Shown piece after piece: positions 1 through 9,649 of a stretch of DNA of 64,000 nucleotides (its first letter is position 1; the number at the start of each line of letters is the position of its first letter). The stretch comes from Candidatus Aminicenantes bacterium (lineage in GTDB: Bacteria > Acidobacteriota > Aminicenantia > Aminicenantales > Aminicenantaceae). A program made the position numbers and the translations under genes. The stretch lies in contig WVZL01000048.1 in assembly GCA_011772495.1 (NCBI GenBank), forward strand, positions 24,465-88,464, given 5' to 3'. The notes beneath the pieces were generated by a model. The model did not search any database, had not been told where the DNA came from, and was given only the letters and a program-made list of their open reading frames with translations.

Positions 1-2
1 TA

Positions 3-1823
3 GAAGAGGGCGATGTTGAAAGGATCCTCCCTTCTCTGAATATCCCTTTTCCCCTTCATGGCCGCGCCTCAGGCAATTTTCAACTCCAGCTTAAGGGAGA
101 TAACTTGAGGCTAGACGGTGAATTCACCAGTCCTCTGATGAAAGTATCTACCCAGACCCTGGAAGGTGTAGAAGGCAGATTAGGGTGGGATGGAAATGTT
201 CTGACTTTTCAGGAGCTCCAATTTCGTGCTTATGGAGGATCTGTGAAAGGGTATTCTCAGATTGGATTTCGTGCTCAAGAATTTGATCTGGACGTCGTTG
301 GGGAAAGTCTTGATTTGACTTCCTTGAGTCCTGCCCTCGAAGGGAATTTATCCTTTAGGCTGAAAGGAGGAGGCTCTTTCGATCAGGATGTGGCATCAGG
401 AGACATCGGGATCATAGGATTCCATATTTCTCCCTTACAGAAATCAGATGTAAAGGGCAAGATGAAAGTGGGTTTTAAACGGGATAAGCTTCTTCTGGAT
501 ATCGAGGGGAATTTTTTTCCCGGTGAGAATGAGTTTTTCGTCTCGTTAGCCCTGCCTTTTGGTCAAGGGTTTACGGGAAATATAAGAGGTGGCTTTCAAA
601 ACCTGGACCTACTGCTTCCCTGGCATGGAGCCAAGGGACAGATAAATTATTTGGCGGAACTCAACGGAACCAAGACCGCACCGCAGCTTAAGGGAATCAT
701 CGACTTTAAAGGTTCAGTTCTTCCTTTTCCGAAGTTTGCTCATGCCTTCAGGGATTATTCTGGATTGATATTTGTCGAAAACAACAACCTTTCCCTCCGT
801 TCTTTCAAAGGCCTCCTGGGAGGAGGCGATATCTGGGGCACTGGTAGTATTAAAGTAGGAAAGCAGGGAATCGAATACGCTAATCTGGAAATGGACGGGA
901 AAGATCTTCTCCTATCTCCTTTGGAAAGGACGCGAGTTTTGGCTGATGGTTCCTTGAACCTGCTCAAAGACAGCCAACGCTTTATCTTGGAAGGAGATTT
1001 TGATGTCCACAGACTTTCCTGGAGACGTGAGCTAAATGAAAAATTCGTCTTTTCCTCCAGTCCTTATTATCAGAGCCAGACAGAAGCCGGAATCTTTGAT
1101 GACCTCACTCTGAATATCCGTCTCCAGGCTAAGGAAAATTCCCTGATGGAAAATTCCCTAGGCAGGATCGAAGGAAAGTTTGATCTGACAGTGACCGGAA
1201 ATGTTAAAGCACCCATCTTAACGGGCGCTATAGACGCTTTGGGGGGGAACGTTTATTTTCAAGATAGAAAATTCAGGATTTTAAGGGCTCGAGTGAGTTT
1301 CATCAATCCTTTGGTCATTGAACCTTATCTGGAATTCGAGGGAGAAACATACGTCAAGGATTACCATGTCACTTTTTCTCTCAATGGGTCTCTCGACAGC
1401 TTAAAGCCAGAATTCCGCTCTTCTCCGCCCCTTCCTCCTGAAGATGTCCTAGCTCTCCTAGCCATGGGAGAGGCCTTCAAGAGAACCTATTCTTATGAGA
1501 AGAGTACTCAGCTCAGCACAGCATCTCTTTTATCCTTCCAGCTGGCAGAGGAAGCCAAAAAGCGAGCGGAGAAGCTTTTCCGCATCGATCGCTTTCGAAT
1601 CGATCCTTTTGTGATGGAATCGTCAGCCGAGACAACTGCCCGCTTGACGGTGGGCAAGATGATTTCCAGAAACTTTACTCTTCTCTACTCAACCAACCTC
1701 TCGACCCAAAGAGAAGAGCTGGTACGTTTGGAATGGGAATTGACTGACGACCTTTCCGTGGTAGGCATTAGAGATGAACAAGGAAGGTTAAGCATTGATG
1801 TTAAAATTCATAAAAGATTTTAA
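3..1823 (+). CDS. tamB: Translocation/assembly module TamB family protein (C-terminal DUF490 region), 5'-truncated by window edge
   Basis: Frame is open from base 3 (EEGDVERILPSLN...), so the start lies upstream of the window. Beta-rich repeats and C-terminus ...RFRIDP...LTVGKMISRNFTLLYSTN...SIDVKIHKRF are typical of TamB; adjacent to an Omp85 gene. Confidence 0.8.
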   Translation, partial: EEGDVERILPSLNIPFPLHGRASGNFQLQLKGDNLRLDGEFTSPLMKVSTQTLEGVEGRLGWDGNVLTFQELQFRAYGGSVKGYSQIGFRAQEFDLDVVGESLDLTSLSPALEGNLSFRLKGGGSFDQDVASGDIGIIGFHISPLQKSDVKGKMKVGFKRDKLLLDIEGNFFPGENEFFVSLALPFGQGFTGNIRGGFQNLDLLLPWHGAKGQINYLAELNGTKTAPQLKGIIDFKGSVLPFPKFAHAFRDYSGLIFVENNNLSLRSFKGLLGGGDIWGTGSIKVGKQGIEYANLEMDGKDLLLSPLERTRVLADGSLNLLKDSQRFILEGDFDVHRLSWRRELNEKFVFSSSPYYQSQTEAGIFDDLTLNIRLQAKENSLMENSLGRIEGKFDLTVTGNVKAPILTGAIDALGGNVYFQDRKFRILRARVSFINPLVIEPYLEFEGETYVKDYHVTFSLNGSLDSLKPEFRSSPPLPPEDVLALLAMGEAFKRTYSYEKSTQLSTASLLSFQLAEEAKKRAEKLFRIDRFRIDPFVMESSAETTARLTVGKMISRNFTLLYSTNLSTQREELVRLEWELTDDLSVVGIRDEQGRLSIDVKIHKRF

Positions 1824-4557
1824 CTCAAGAGGGAATTTCCTCTTGGTTTTAATCACCTTAATTCTTTCTCTGAGGCCTGATTGCGCTTTTTCCTATGCTG
1901 AGCCCATTCCTGGCCCCATAGTCTCAAAAGTCATCATTAAAGTCGATGGCCAGGAAAACGGGAAAGAGGTTGCGGAAATGCTGGCTGTGAAAGAGGGAGA
2001 GGCCTTTTCGCTGAAGAAGATATCCGATAGCGTAAGAAATATGTTTAAAACCGGGCTTTTCTCGGATATTCAGGTCCTGAAAACAGGAGAACAGAATATT
2101 CAGCTGACTTTTTTATTAACTCGGAGGCTCTTCACGCGCAGTATTGATTTCTCAGGAGACCTGGTCATTCCCAAGAGAGAATTAAGGGAGTCTTTGAACT
2201 CTTTAAGCAGAGATGCTCCTTTCTCAGAACAAAGACTCCTCAAGGCTCAGGAGGAACTTAAAGAAGCTCTGAGAAGAGAGGGCTATTTCCAGGCTGTAGT
2301 CTCCTCTTCTGTGGAAACAGACTTGGAATCTTACTCCGTCGATGTTTTTTTTGAAGTTTCCCCGGAAGAAAGGTTCACCTTAAAAGAAATCGATTTTACA
2401 GGAAATATTCTTGTTTCCAAAGAACGTCTGAGAAAGCAAATGAAGAGTAGAGAAAAAGAAACCTATGTTCCGTCCAGGATTGAAGAAGATATCACCAGGC
2501 TCAGGGAACTTTATTATTCCCTGGGTTATCAGCAAGCAGAGGTTGAAATTAGCAGCGAGCGCTTTGATGAGGAAGACAGGAGTGTATTTCTCACTCTGAA
2601 GGTTAATCCCTACAGGAAGATTGAGATTTCAGTCACAGGAGCACAGATTCCCCTGAGCCTTTTGAGGCCAATATGGGAGGCAGAGATATTCGAAGAATGG
2701 GGTTTGGCTGAAGGAGAAGCCAAGATTATCGCCCACCTTAGACAGAAAGGATACCTGTTTCCTCATGTCAATTCTTCAATCCGAAGAGTCGGTAATGAGA
2801 TCCGGGTTGTTTATGAAGTGGTCCCCGGAGAAAGGTATAGAATCCAGGATATTATCTTCGAGGGAATAAAATATTTTACTCCTGCTCAGCTAAAAAAAGA
2901 GCTTGAGATCGCCAAGAAAATTCCTTTCTTAATTTGGTTAGATGGAGAAAGGCTCTTTGAGTTGCCCAGGGAGATAGAGATACTCTACCGGACTCACGGT
3001 TTCCCCCGAATAATGATTGATCTAAATTTCATAATGACAGGCAAAAAAGCCAAGGCTGTCTTCTTTATCGAAGAAGGACCACAGACAACAATAGAAAAGA
3101 TTTCTTTTGTGGGCAACTCTCTTTTCACGGCCGAGCAGCTCTTGGAACAGATTGGTAGTTTTGAAACAGGTCCCTTCTTCAGGCCGAGTATTCAGAAAGA
3201 TCTAGAGAAATTAGAAACATTTTATCTAAACCAAGGTATCAGAAGAACAAAGATTACAGTCAACATAGATGGAAAAGACGACAGGCTTGTTAATCTTGAT
3301 TTTGTCATCAGCGAAGGAAAAAAAGTCAAAGTTGAGAAGATTGTGATAACCGGAAATAGAACGACCCGAAGAAGGACGATTCTTAAGGAAATCAGGATAA
3401 AAGAAGGCGATTATGCCTACTATGAATCCATAGTAGATACCAAGAGAAGGCTCGAAAACCTTGGAGTTTTCTCTGAAATTAAGATTGAAGAAATCCCAGT
3501 CAGCCCAACCAAAGAGAACATAGTTATCAACCTCAGGGAGGGAGAAAGGAATTACGTCAGCTTGGGTATTGGATTGGAGACCAAAAGCGAGCCTTATATC
3601 TTTGCCATTTGGAATAATGTGATCAGACCGCGAGGGATCGCTGAATTCATAAGGGGAAATATTCTGGGCTCAGCCACCCAGCTCAGCCTAGTCGCTCAGG
3701 CAAGCCCTAAAGAAAAAAGAGGTGTTCTATCCTGGGAGCAGCCTTATCTTCTGGGATTGCCTTGGCAGTCCTCTTTAAATGCCTGGATAGAACAAGAAGA
3801 ACGAAGGAGTTATAGCTACGAACGGAGAGGGATCAGCCTGACAGCGATCAAGCCTGCTACTGAAGAGTTAACCTTGCTGACCACCCTGAGATGGGTGAGA
3901 ACAAACATTTTTGACCTGGAAATTGAAGAATCAGAAGTTGACCGTCAAAATCAGCCTTATTCTGCTTCTTCAATATCGGGCAGCTTGATCTGGGATCGAA
4001 GAGATGATCCCTTCAATCCTGAAAAAGGTGCTTTTTTAAGTTTCGCGGCTGAATGGGCTTATCCCATTTTCCAGGCCGAGTCGGATTACCTAAAGAACTT
4101 TATCAAGTATCAGCAGTTCTTTCCTCTTTTCTTAGGATTTTCCTTGAGTTCTACCGCTCGCTTAGGGCTTGGGACTGGGAACATACCCATTCACGAGCGG
4201 TTTTTCGGCGGGGGCAGCGGTTCTTTCCGGGGAGAACGTTTCGATGAGCTGGGACCGAAAGACCTTTCCACACTCAGACCCGTTGGAGGGAAGGCTTTGG
4301 TGCTGCTCAATCTTGAGTTTACCTTTCCTCTCTTGTCAGCCGTAAAAGATTTATCTGGAGCTGTTTTTTATGATTTGGGTAATATTTTCCCCGAAATAAG
4401 CGATGTCAAGCTGGCCTCTCTTCAGGATGCCCTGGGATTTGGGATTCGCTACCGGACTCCTTTAGGTCCTATACGTTTTGAACTGGGCTGGAATCTAGAC
4501 GCTCCTAAAGGGGAGAGAAAACCCTTGGTGTTCATAACTATCGGAAATGTCTTCTAA
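1795..4557 (+). CDS. Omp85-family outer membrane assembly protein (BamA/TamA-like) with multiple POTRA domains
   Basis: Signal peptide, repeated POTRA-like units, C-terminal barrel with ERFFGGGSGSFRG and GFGIRYRTPLGPIRFELGWNL, terminal Phe. Exact start uncertain. Confidence 0.85.
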   Translation: MMLKFIKDFNSRGNFLLVLITLILSLRPDCAFSYAEPIPGPIVSKVIIKVDGQENGKEVAEMLAVKEGEAFSLKKISDSVRNMFKTGLFSDIQVLKTGEQNIQLTFLLTRRLFTRSIDFSGDLVIPKRELRESLNSLSRDAPFSEQRLLKAQEELKEALRREGYFQAVVSSSVETDLESYSVDVFFEVSPEERFTLKEIDFTGNILVSKERLRKQMKSREKETYVPSRIEEDITRLRELYYSLGYQQAEVEISSERFDEEDRSVFLTLKVNPYRKIEISVTGAQIPLSLLRPIWEAEIFEEWGLAEGEAKIIAHLRQKGYLFPHVNSSIRRVGNEIRVVYEVVPGERYRIQDIIFEGIKYFTPAQLKKELEIAKKIPFLIWLDGERLFELPREIEILYRTHGFPRIMIDLNFIMTGKKAKAVFFIEEGPQTTIEKISFVGNSLFTAEQLLEQIGSFETGPFFRPSIQKDLEKLETFYLNQGIRRTKITVNIDGKDDRLVNLDFVISEGKKVKVEKIVITGNRTTRRRTILKEIRIKEGDYAYYESIVDTKRRLENLGVFSEIKIEEIPVSPTKENIVINLREGERNYVSLGIGLETKSEPYIFAIWNNVIRPRGIAEFIRGNILGSATQLSLVAQASPKEKRGVLSWEQPYLLGLPWQSSLNAWIEQEERRSYSYERRGISLTAIKPATEELTLLTTLRWVRTNIFDLEIEESEVDRQNQPYSASSISGSLIWDRRDDPFNPEKGAFLSFAAEWAYPIFQAESDYLKNFIKYQQFFPLFLGFSLSSTARLGLGTGNIPIHERFFGGGSGSFRGERFDELGPKDLSTLRPVGGKALVLLNLEFTFPLLSAVKDLSGAVFYDLGNIFPEISDVKLASLQDALGFGIRYRTPLGPIRFELGWNLDAPKGERKPLVFITIGNVF

Positions 4558-5248
4558 AAGAAAGCATGATTCATCCTCTTTTCGTTTTCTTTTTCTCTAT
4601 TTTTTTTCCATAGCTGCTCTTTTAACCATCGTCGTTATTTGTTCCTATCCTGTAAATTCATTTTCTCAGATAATAGAGCGTATCGTGGCTTTAGTAGATG
4701 GACAGGTTATCACTCTGACGGATTTAAAAATCGTTGAGGTTTTCAGTCTCTACGAGGATGAGCTGGAAGAAAAGGGCAATAGACGTCTTTTCTGGTTGCT
4801 GCAAAGAATGATCAATCAAAAAATTGTCGTCATGACCACCAGCAAAGATTTTTCCGTCGAAGAAGAAGAGATAGAAACTGAACTTCAGAAAGTGACAGAA
4901 AAGCTTGGTCCAAGAGAATTTCAAACAAGACTAGATGAGTTTGGATTGGGATTAGAGGATTTGAAGGACTATCTTAGGGAAAAACTCCTCTATCAGAATA
5001 TTCTCTCCCGAAGGTTTGGTCAGGGAGTGCTGGTGAGCTTACAGGAGATCGAGAATCATTATCAGCAAGTCTATATCCCTTCGCAGGAAAAGAAAGGATT
5101 GAGGCCCCGTCCTATGATGGAGATTCTAGGTGAGATAGAATCGGCTATCAAACAGGAAAAGATAAGGAAGCAGAAGACTGACTGGATTAACAGTTTGAGG
5201 AAACAGGCAGAAGTCGAGATCAGGCTGGATGAGTCGGATGAAATCTAA
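4547..5248 (+). CDS. SurA N-terminal-domain-like periplasmic chaperone (no recognisable PPIase domain)
   Basis: N-terminal TM/signal, IERIVALVDGQVITLTDL start and ...WINSLRKQAEVEI end match the SurA N/C core. Confidence 0.6.
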   Translation: MSSKRKHDSSSFRFLFLYFFSIAALLTIVVICSYPVNSFSQIIERIVALVDGQVITLTDLKIVEVFSLYEDELEEKGNRRLFWLLQRMINQKIVVMTTSKDFSVEEEEIETELQKVTEKLGPREFQTRLDEFGLGLEDLKDYLREKLLYQNILSRRFGQGVLVSLQEIENHYQQVYIPSQEKKGLRPRPMMEILGEIESAIKQEKIRKQKTDWINSLRKQAEVEIRLDESDEI

Positions 5249-5272
5249 AAAAGACCAGGAGAGGGAGCAAGA

Positions 5273-6229
5273 ATGAGCAAGATAGCTTTCTTATTTCCCG
5301 GCCAGGGTTCACAATCCGTAGGCATGGGCTTAGATTTCTACGGGCATTCATCTCAGGCCAGGGAAATTTTTGCCCAGGCTGATGAGATTCTTGGTTTCAA
5401 TCTTTCTCGGCTCTGTTTCGAGGGTCCTGAGGAGGAGTTGAAGCTGACCGAGATAACCCAACCAGCTCTCCTTACTGTAAGTTTTATCGCGCATACACTT
5501 CTCGGCATAGAGCCTCGGATTGCTGCGGGTCATAGTCTTGGCGAGTATTCAGCCCTGGTGGCCGCAGGTTCCTTGAGTTTTGAGGATGCGCTTCCTTTAG
5601 TCCATAAAAGAGGGAAGTATATGCAGGAGGCAGTGCCAGTGGGAGTCGGGGCCATGGCCGCAATTTTAGGTGCCAGCTATGAGGAGGTCAAAGAGGGAAT
5701 TTCTAAAGTCAAGGAAGGAATTGTAGACATCGCTAACTGGAATAGCCAGCAGCAGATTGTTATCTCTGGTCACAAAGAAGCTGTCCAGGAGGCTTTAAAA
5801 GTGATAGATCCGCCCCGTTCGGTTGTTCTACCTGTCAGCGCACCCTTTCATAGCCGATTGATGAAAACTGCCGAGGAGAAGCTTGTCCAGGATTTAGACC
5901 AGACTGAATTTCGAGCTCTAGAGTTTCCGATTGTCACCAACGTAAATGCAGAGATCATTCATCAGGGCTCCCAGGCAAGAGAGGCACTGAAAAGACAGGT
6001 TAGCCGACCCGTTCTTTGGTACGAATCCATGGAAAGGCTCAAGGCTGAAAATATCGACCTGTTCCTGGAACTCGGTTCAGGAAAAGTCTTATCCGGGTTG
6101 GTCAAAAGAATCGGCCGCCGCTGGTCCTTTCCTTTGACAACGCTGAACGTGGAAAATTCAGAGACCTTGAAGGAATCCAGGGAAATTCTCTCAGGAATCC
6201 TTGGAGGCAAAAAGGAATCGAAACTTTAG
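5273..6229 (+). CDS. fabD: Malonyl-CoA:ACP transacylase
   Basis: FPGQGSQ, TQPAL, GHSLGEY catalytic motif, VSAPFHS. Confidence 0.95.
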   Translation: MSKIAFLFPGQGSQSVGMGLDFYGHSSQAREIFAQADEILGFNLSRLCFEGPEEELKLTEITQPALLTVSFIAHTLLGIEPRIAAGHSLGEYSALVAAGSLSFEDALPLVHKRGKYMQEAVPVGVGAMAAILGASYEEVKEGISKVKEGIVDIANWNSQQQIVISGHKEAVQEALKVIDPPRSVVLPVSAPFHSRLMKTAEEKLVQDLDQTEFRALEFPIVTNVNAEIIHQGSQAREALKRQVSRPVLWYESMERLKAENIDLFLELGSGKVLSGLVKRIGRRWSFPLTTLNVENSETLKESREILSGILGGKKESKL

Positions 6230-6733
6230 GAAGTATTCTGCTCCTGAAATAAAGGATACAGCGATCGCAAGCCAAATTCCCAACAGGGCAAGCACGTAGA
6301 ATTGTCCCAAGATATTCCTTCCTAGGATCAGAAGGGATATCGCGATGGCTTCGACCCACATTTTAATTTTTCCCAACCTTGAAGCCTGTATGTGATGCCC
6401 CTGAGAAGAGGCGATGGCCCTGAGTCCGGTGACAGCGATTCCCCGGCCGATGAGGATGAGCGCTATCCAAGAGGATACTGTTCCCAGCTCAACCAGACAA
6501 ATGAGAGCTGCAGCCACTAACAATTTGTCTGCTATCGGGTCCAGAAGTTTACCGACGGTCGTAACTTGATTCTTTCGCCTAGCCCACATCCCGTCCAGCA
6601 TGTCGGTGAGAGCTGCCAGGAGAAAGATAGCAGCACCTATGAGCTCGTTGCCTTTAAACTGAGAGAGAAGAACGATTATCAAAACGGGTATGGCTAATAT
6701 TCTGGTGATGGTGAGGAGGTTGGGAACGTTCAT
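6191..6733 (-). CDS. pgsA: CDP-diacylglycerol--glycerol-3-phosphate 3-phosphatidyltransferase
   Basis: PNLLTITR, TDMLDGMWARRKNQVTTVGKLLDPIADK CDP-alcohol phosphotransferase motif. Confidence 0.9.
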   Translation of the reverse strand: MNVPNLLTITRILAIPVLIIVLLSQFKGNELIGAAIFLLAALTDMLDGMWARRKNQVTTVGKLLDPIADKLLVAAALICLVELGTVSSWIALILIGRGIAVTGLRAIASSQGHHIQASRLGKIKMWVEAIAISLLILGRNILGQFYVLALLGIWLAIAVSFISGAEYFLKFRFLFASKDS

Positions 6734-6913
6734 TTAGTGAGATATACAATAGCTCCTGATGAAAGTCAAATCCATCGGGTTCAGGCTTTTGTTGAAAGTT
6801 AAGACCCAAGGCCGATCTTACTCTATAAATTATAAAAGTCATAAAGACCTGATCCCATTTTCTTGAAAAGTTAGACCTGTAAGGGTATAGTAAATTGTAA
6901 TTTCCTAGCCAAA

Positions 6914-9544
6914 ATGACCAAGCACAAATCATCCACTCCCATGATGGAGCAGTATTTCCGGATTAAAAAGAATCATCAAGATGCGCTTTTATTATTCCGG
7001 TTGGGAGACTTCTATGAACTATTTTATGAAGATGCGAAAGTAGCTTCTCCTGTCTTAGAGATTGCGCTAACTTCCCGGCAAAAAGTGCCCATGTGTGGAG
7101 TCCCTCATCACTCTGTCATTCCCTATCTGACCAAGCTTTTAAAAAAGGGTTTTAGAGTGGCCATCTGCGAGCAGGTTGAAGACTCAAAGCTAGCCAAGGG
7201 TGTTGTCAAGCGGGACGTGGTCAAAGTTTTAACTCCTGGAACTGCTGTTGAAATAGAACTTGAAGAGGCGAAAGAAAGCGTCTATGCTGCCAGCTTGTAT
7301 CTCGAGGCAAAAGATTGGGGCCTGGCTCTCATAAACCTGGCCTCGGGTGAAATGAAGACCTTTCAAGATTCTAAGCGGAGAAGGATTCTATCAGATGAGC
7401 TTTTCAGGGTATCTCCCAAAGAAATTATTTTCCCTGAAGGAGAAGAGGAAAACGTCAGCGCCATTCTATCCAAGAACAACCTGAGCTTTGTCCTGAGAAG
7501 TCCGGTGGAGGAGTGGGCTTTTGATTTTTCCCAGGCAAAGAACTTGCTGCTCTCCCACTTTAAGGTGAAATCATTAGCCGGATTCGGGTTAGCTGATAAA
7601 AAGCTGGCTGTTTCTGCTGCCGGGGCTCTTCTTTATTATCTTAAAAAAGTCAGGAAAGATTCACTCGCCTTAATCCATAATATTTCCTACATCCACTCGA
7701 CACAGCAGATGGTTCTGGACGCTACAGCCATAAGGAACCTGGAGTTGGTAAGAAGCTTAAGGGACGGGCTTCTCAAAGGATCGCTCTTGGATATTATAGA
7801 TTTTACCATGACTTCTATGGGGGGAAGGCTTCTCAGAAACTGGCTTCTGCAGCCACTCTTGGATTGTGACCAGATAAACGAAAGGTTGGATGCCGTAACA
7901 GAAATACTCGAGCAGACTATCGAGCGTCAGGAATTGAGAGAAAAGTTGAAGGATATCTTGGATCTGGAACGGCTGACAGGAAAGGTCTCATTGGCAGTGG
8001 CCAATCCCAAGGACCTGGTGGCTCTTAAAAGATCTCTCTTTCCTCTGCCCCAAATTCAAACCTCCTTAAAAAAATTTTCAACGAAAAAGCTAAAGAAGAT
8101 TTTTCGGGAGTGGGATAATGCTGAGGATGTGGTGGATACGATCGATAAAGCCATCCTGGACGAACCGGCTTTTCTGCTCACCGAGGGAGGAATCATCAAG
8201 GATGGTTATAACCCTGAGCTGGACGAGCTGAGAAAAATCAGTCATTCTGGTAAGACTTTTATCTATCAACTCGAAGAGAAAGAGAGAAAGAAGACTGGGA
8301 TTTCATCCTTAAAAGTCCGCTATAACAAAGTTTTCGGGTATTACATCGAAGTCACCAAACCTAACTTGTCTTCAGTGCCAGCCGATTATGTCAGGAAACA
8401 GACGCTGGTGAATTCCGAACGGTTCATCACTCCGGAACTGAAAGAGTATGAGGAAAAGGTGCTCAACGCTGAACAAAGAATCGCAGATTTAGAATATAAT
8501 CTTTTCCTGAAAATGAGAGAGAGGATTGCCCGCGAAACGGTAAGACTTCAGAAAATCGCTTCTGATATTGCCATTTTGGATGTGCTTTTTTCTCTGGCAG
8601 AATTGGCTTCTCAGAGGAATTATTGCCGTCCCGAAGTGAACTCAGAGGACGTGATTAGAATCATAGAAGGACGCCACCCAGTCATAGAAATCATCAATGA
8701 AGAGCCTTTCATTCCCAATGATGCTTACCTGGACATAGAAGAGAATCAAATCCTGATCGTCACTGGTCCCAACATGGGAGGGAAATCCACTTATCTCAGA
8801 CAGGTCGCGCTTATCTGTATTTTGGCACAGATGGGCTCCTTTGTTCCAGCTAAAGAAGCTGTTATTGGAGTTGTGGACCGGATCTTTACCCGCATCGGAG
8901 CGATGGATTTTCTGATTGCGGGCCAGTCCACCTTCATGGTTGAGATGCTGGAAACCGCGAATATACTGAACAACGCGACGTCAAGAAGCTTGATTCTTCT
9001 GGACGAGATCGGCCGCGGTACCAGCACCTTTGACGGGCTCAGCATTGCCTGGGCAGTGGGCGAGTACATCCATGAGAAGGAAGATATCCGGGCCAAAACC
9101 TTGTTCGCAACTCATTACCATGAATTAACAGATTTATCATCGACCTTGCAGAGGATAAAAAACTATCATGTCACGGTCAAAGAGCAACGGGATGATATTG
9201 TTTTCCTGAGGAAAATCGTCCCCGGCCCTTCTGATCGCAGCTACGGACTTTATGTGGCTAAGTTGGCGGGGATACCCCGCTCAGTCGTTGACAGAGCCAA
9301 GGAAATTCTCTTCAATCTCGAAAAACAAGAGCTGGATGACGAAGGCCTGCCCAGAATTGCCTATCATTCTTCGAAAAAAAGAGACAAAGCACAGCTTCTC
9401 TTGTTCAAGAAGGATAGAGAACAAGAAATTTTACAAGAGCTTAAGGAAGAGGTGGAAAAGTACGATGTTTCTTCTCTTTCCCCCCTTGAAGCCCTGAATC
9501 TTCTCAGTGAACTTCAGGAAAAATTGAAAAAGACAAAGAGTTAG
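6914..9544 (+). CDS. mutS: DNA mismatch repair protein MutS
   Basis: TPMMEQY, FRLGDFYELF, TGPNMGGKST, GQSTFMVEM, LDEIGRGTST, FATHYHEL. Confidence 0.97.
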   Translation: MTKHKSSTPMMEQYFRIKKNHQDALLLFRLGDFYELFYEDAKVASPVLEIALTSRQKVPMCGVPHHSVIPYLTKLLKKGFRVAICEQVEDSKLAKGVVKRDVVKVLTPGTAVEIELEEAKESVYAASLYLEAKDWGLALINLASGEMKTFQDSKRRRILSDELFRVSPKEIIFPEGEEENVSAILSKNNLSFVLRSPVEEWAFDFSQAKNLLLSHFKVKSLAGFGLADKKLAVSAAGALLYYLKKVRKDSLALIHNISYIHSTQQMVLDATAIRNLELVRSLRDGLLKGSLLDIIDFTMTSMGGRLLRNWLLQPLLDCDQINERLDAVTEILEQTIERQELREKLKDILDLERLTGKVSLAVANPKDLVALKRSLFPLPQIQTSLKKFSTKKLKKIFREWDNAEDVVDTIDKAILDEPAFLLTEGGIIKDGYNPELDELRKISHSGKTFIYQLEEKERKKTGISSLKVRYNKVFGYYIEVTKPNLSSVPADYVRKQTLVNSERFITPELKEYEEKVLNAEQRIADLEYNLFLKMRERIARETVRLQKIASDIAILDVLFSLAELASQRNYCRPEVNSEDVIRIIEGRHPVIEIINEEPFIPNDAYLDIEENQILIVTGPNMGGKSTYLRQVALICILAQMGSFVPAKEAVIGVVDRIFTRIGAMDFLIAGQSTFMVEMLETANILNNATSRSLILLDEIGRGTSTFDGLSIAWAVGEYIHEKEDIRAKTLFATHYHELTDLSSTLQRIKNYHVTVKEQRDDIVFLRKIVPGPSDRSYGLYVAKLAGIPRSVVDRAKEILFNLEKQELDDEGLPRIAYHSSKKRDKAQLLLFKKDREQEILQELKEEVEKYDVSSLSPLEALNLLSELQEKLKKTKS

Positions 9545-9565
9545 TCAGGTCTTTAGGAATGGCTT

Positions 9566-9637
9566 AGACAAACCAGGCAAACAAGACAAACCAGGCAAAC
9601 AAGATAAACTAGATAAACAAGATAAACTAGACAAACT
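9566..9637. repeat. Tandem 9-bp repeat, 8 units, consensus AGAYAAACH
   Basis: agacaaacc aggcaaaca agacaaacc aggcaaaca agataaact agataaaca agataaact agacaaact, between convergent mutS and MBL genes. Confidence 0.9.
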
Positions 9638-9649
9638 AGAATAGCTTGC

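Noticed and set aside
9566-9637. 9-bp arrays as CRISPR or as a coding repeat
   Set aside because: There are no spacers, and the translations (DKPGKQ / LVCLVY) lack a start and RBS context.
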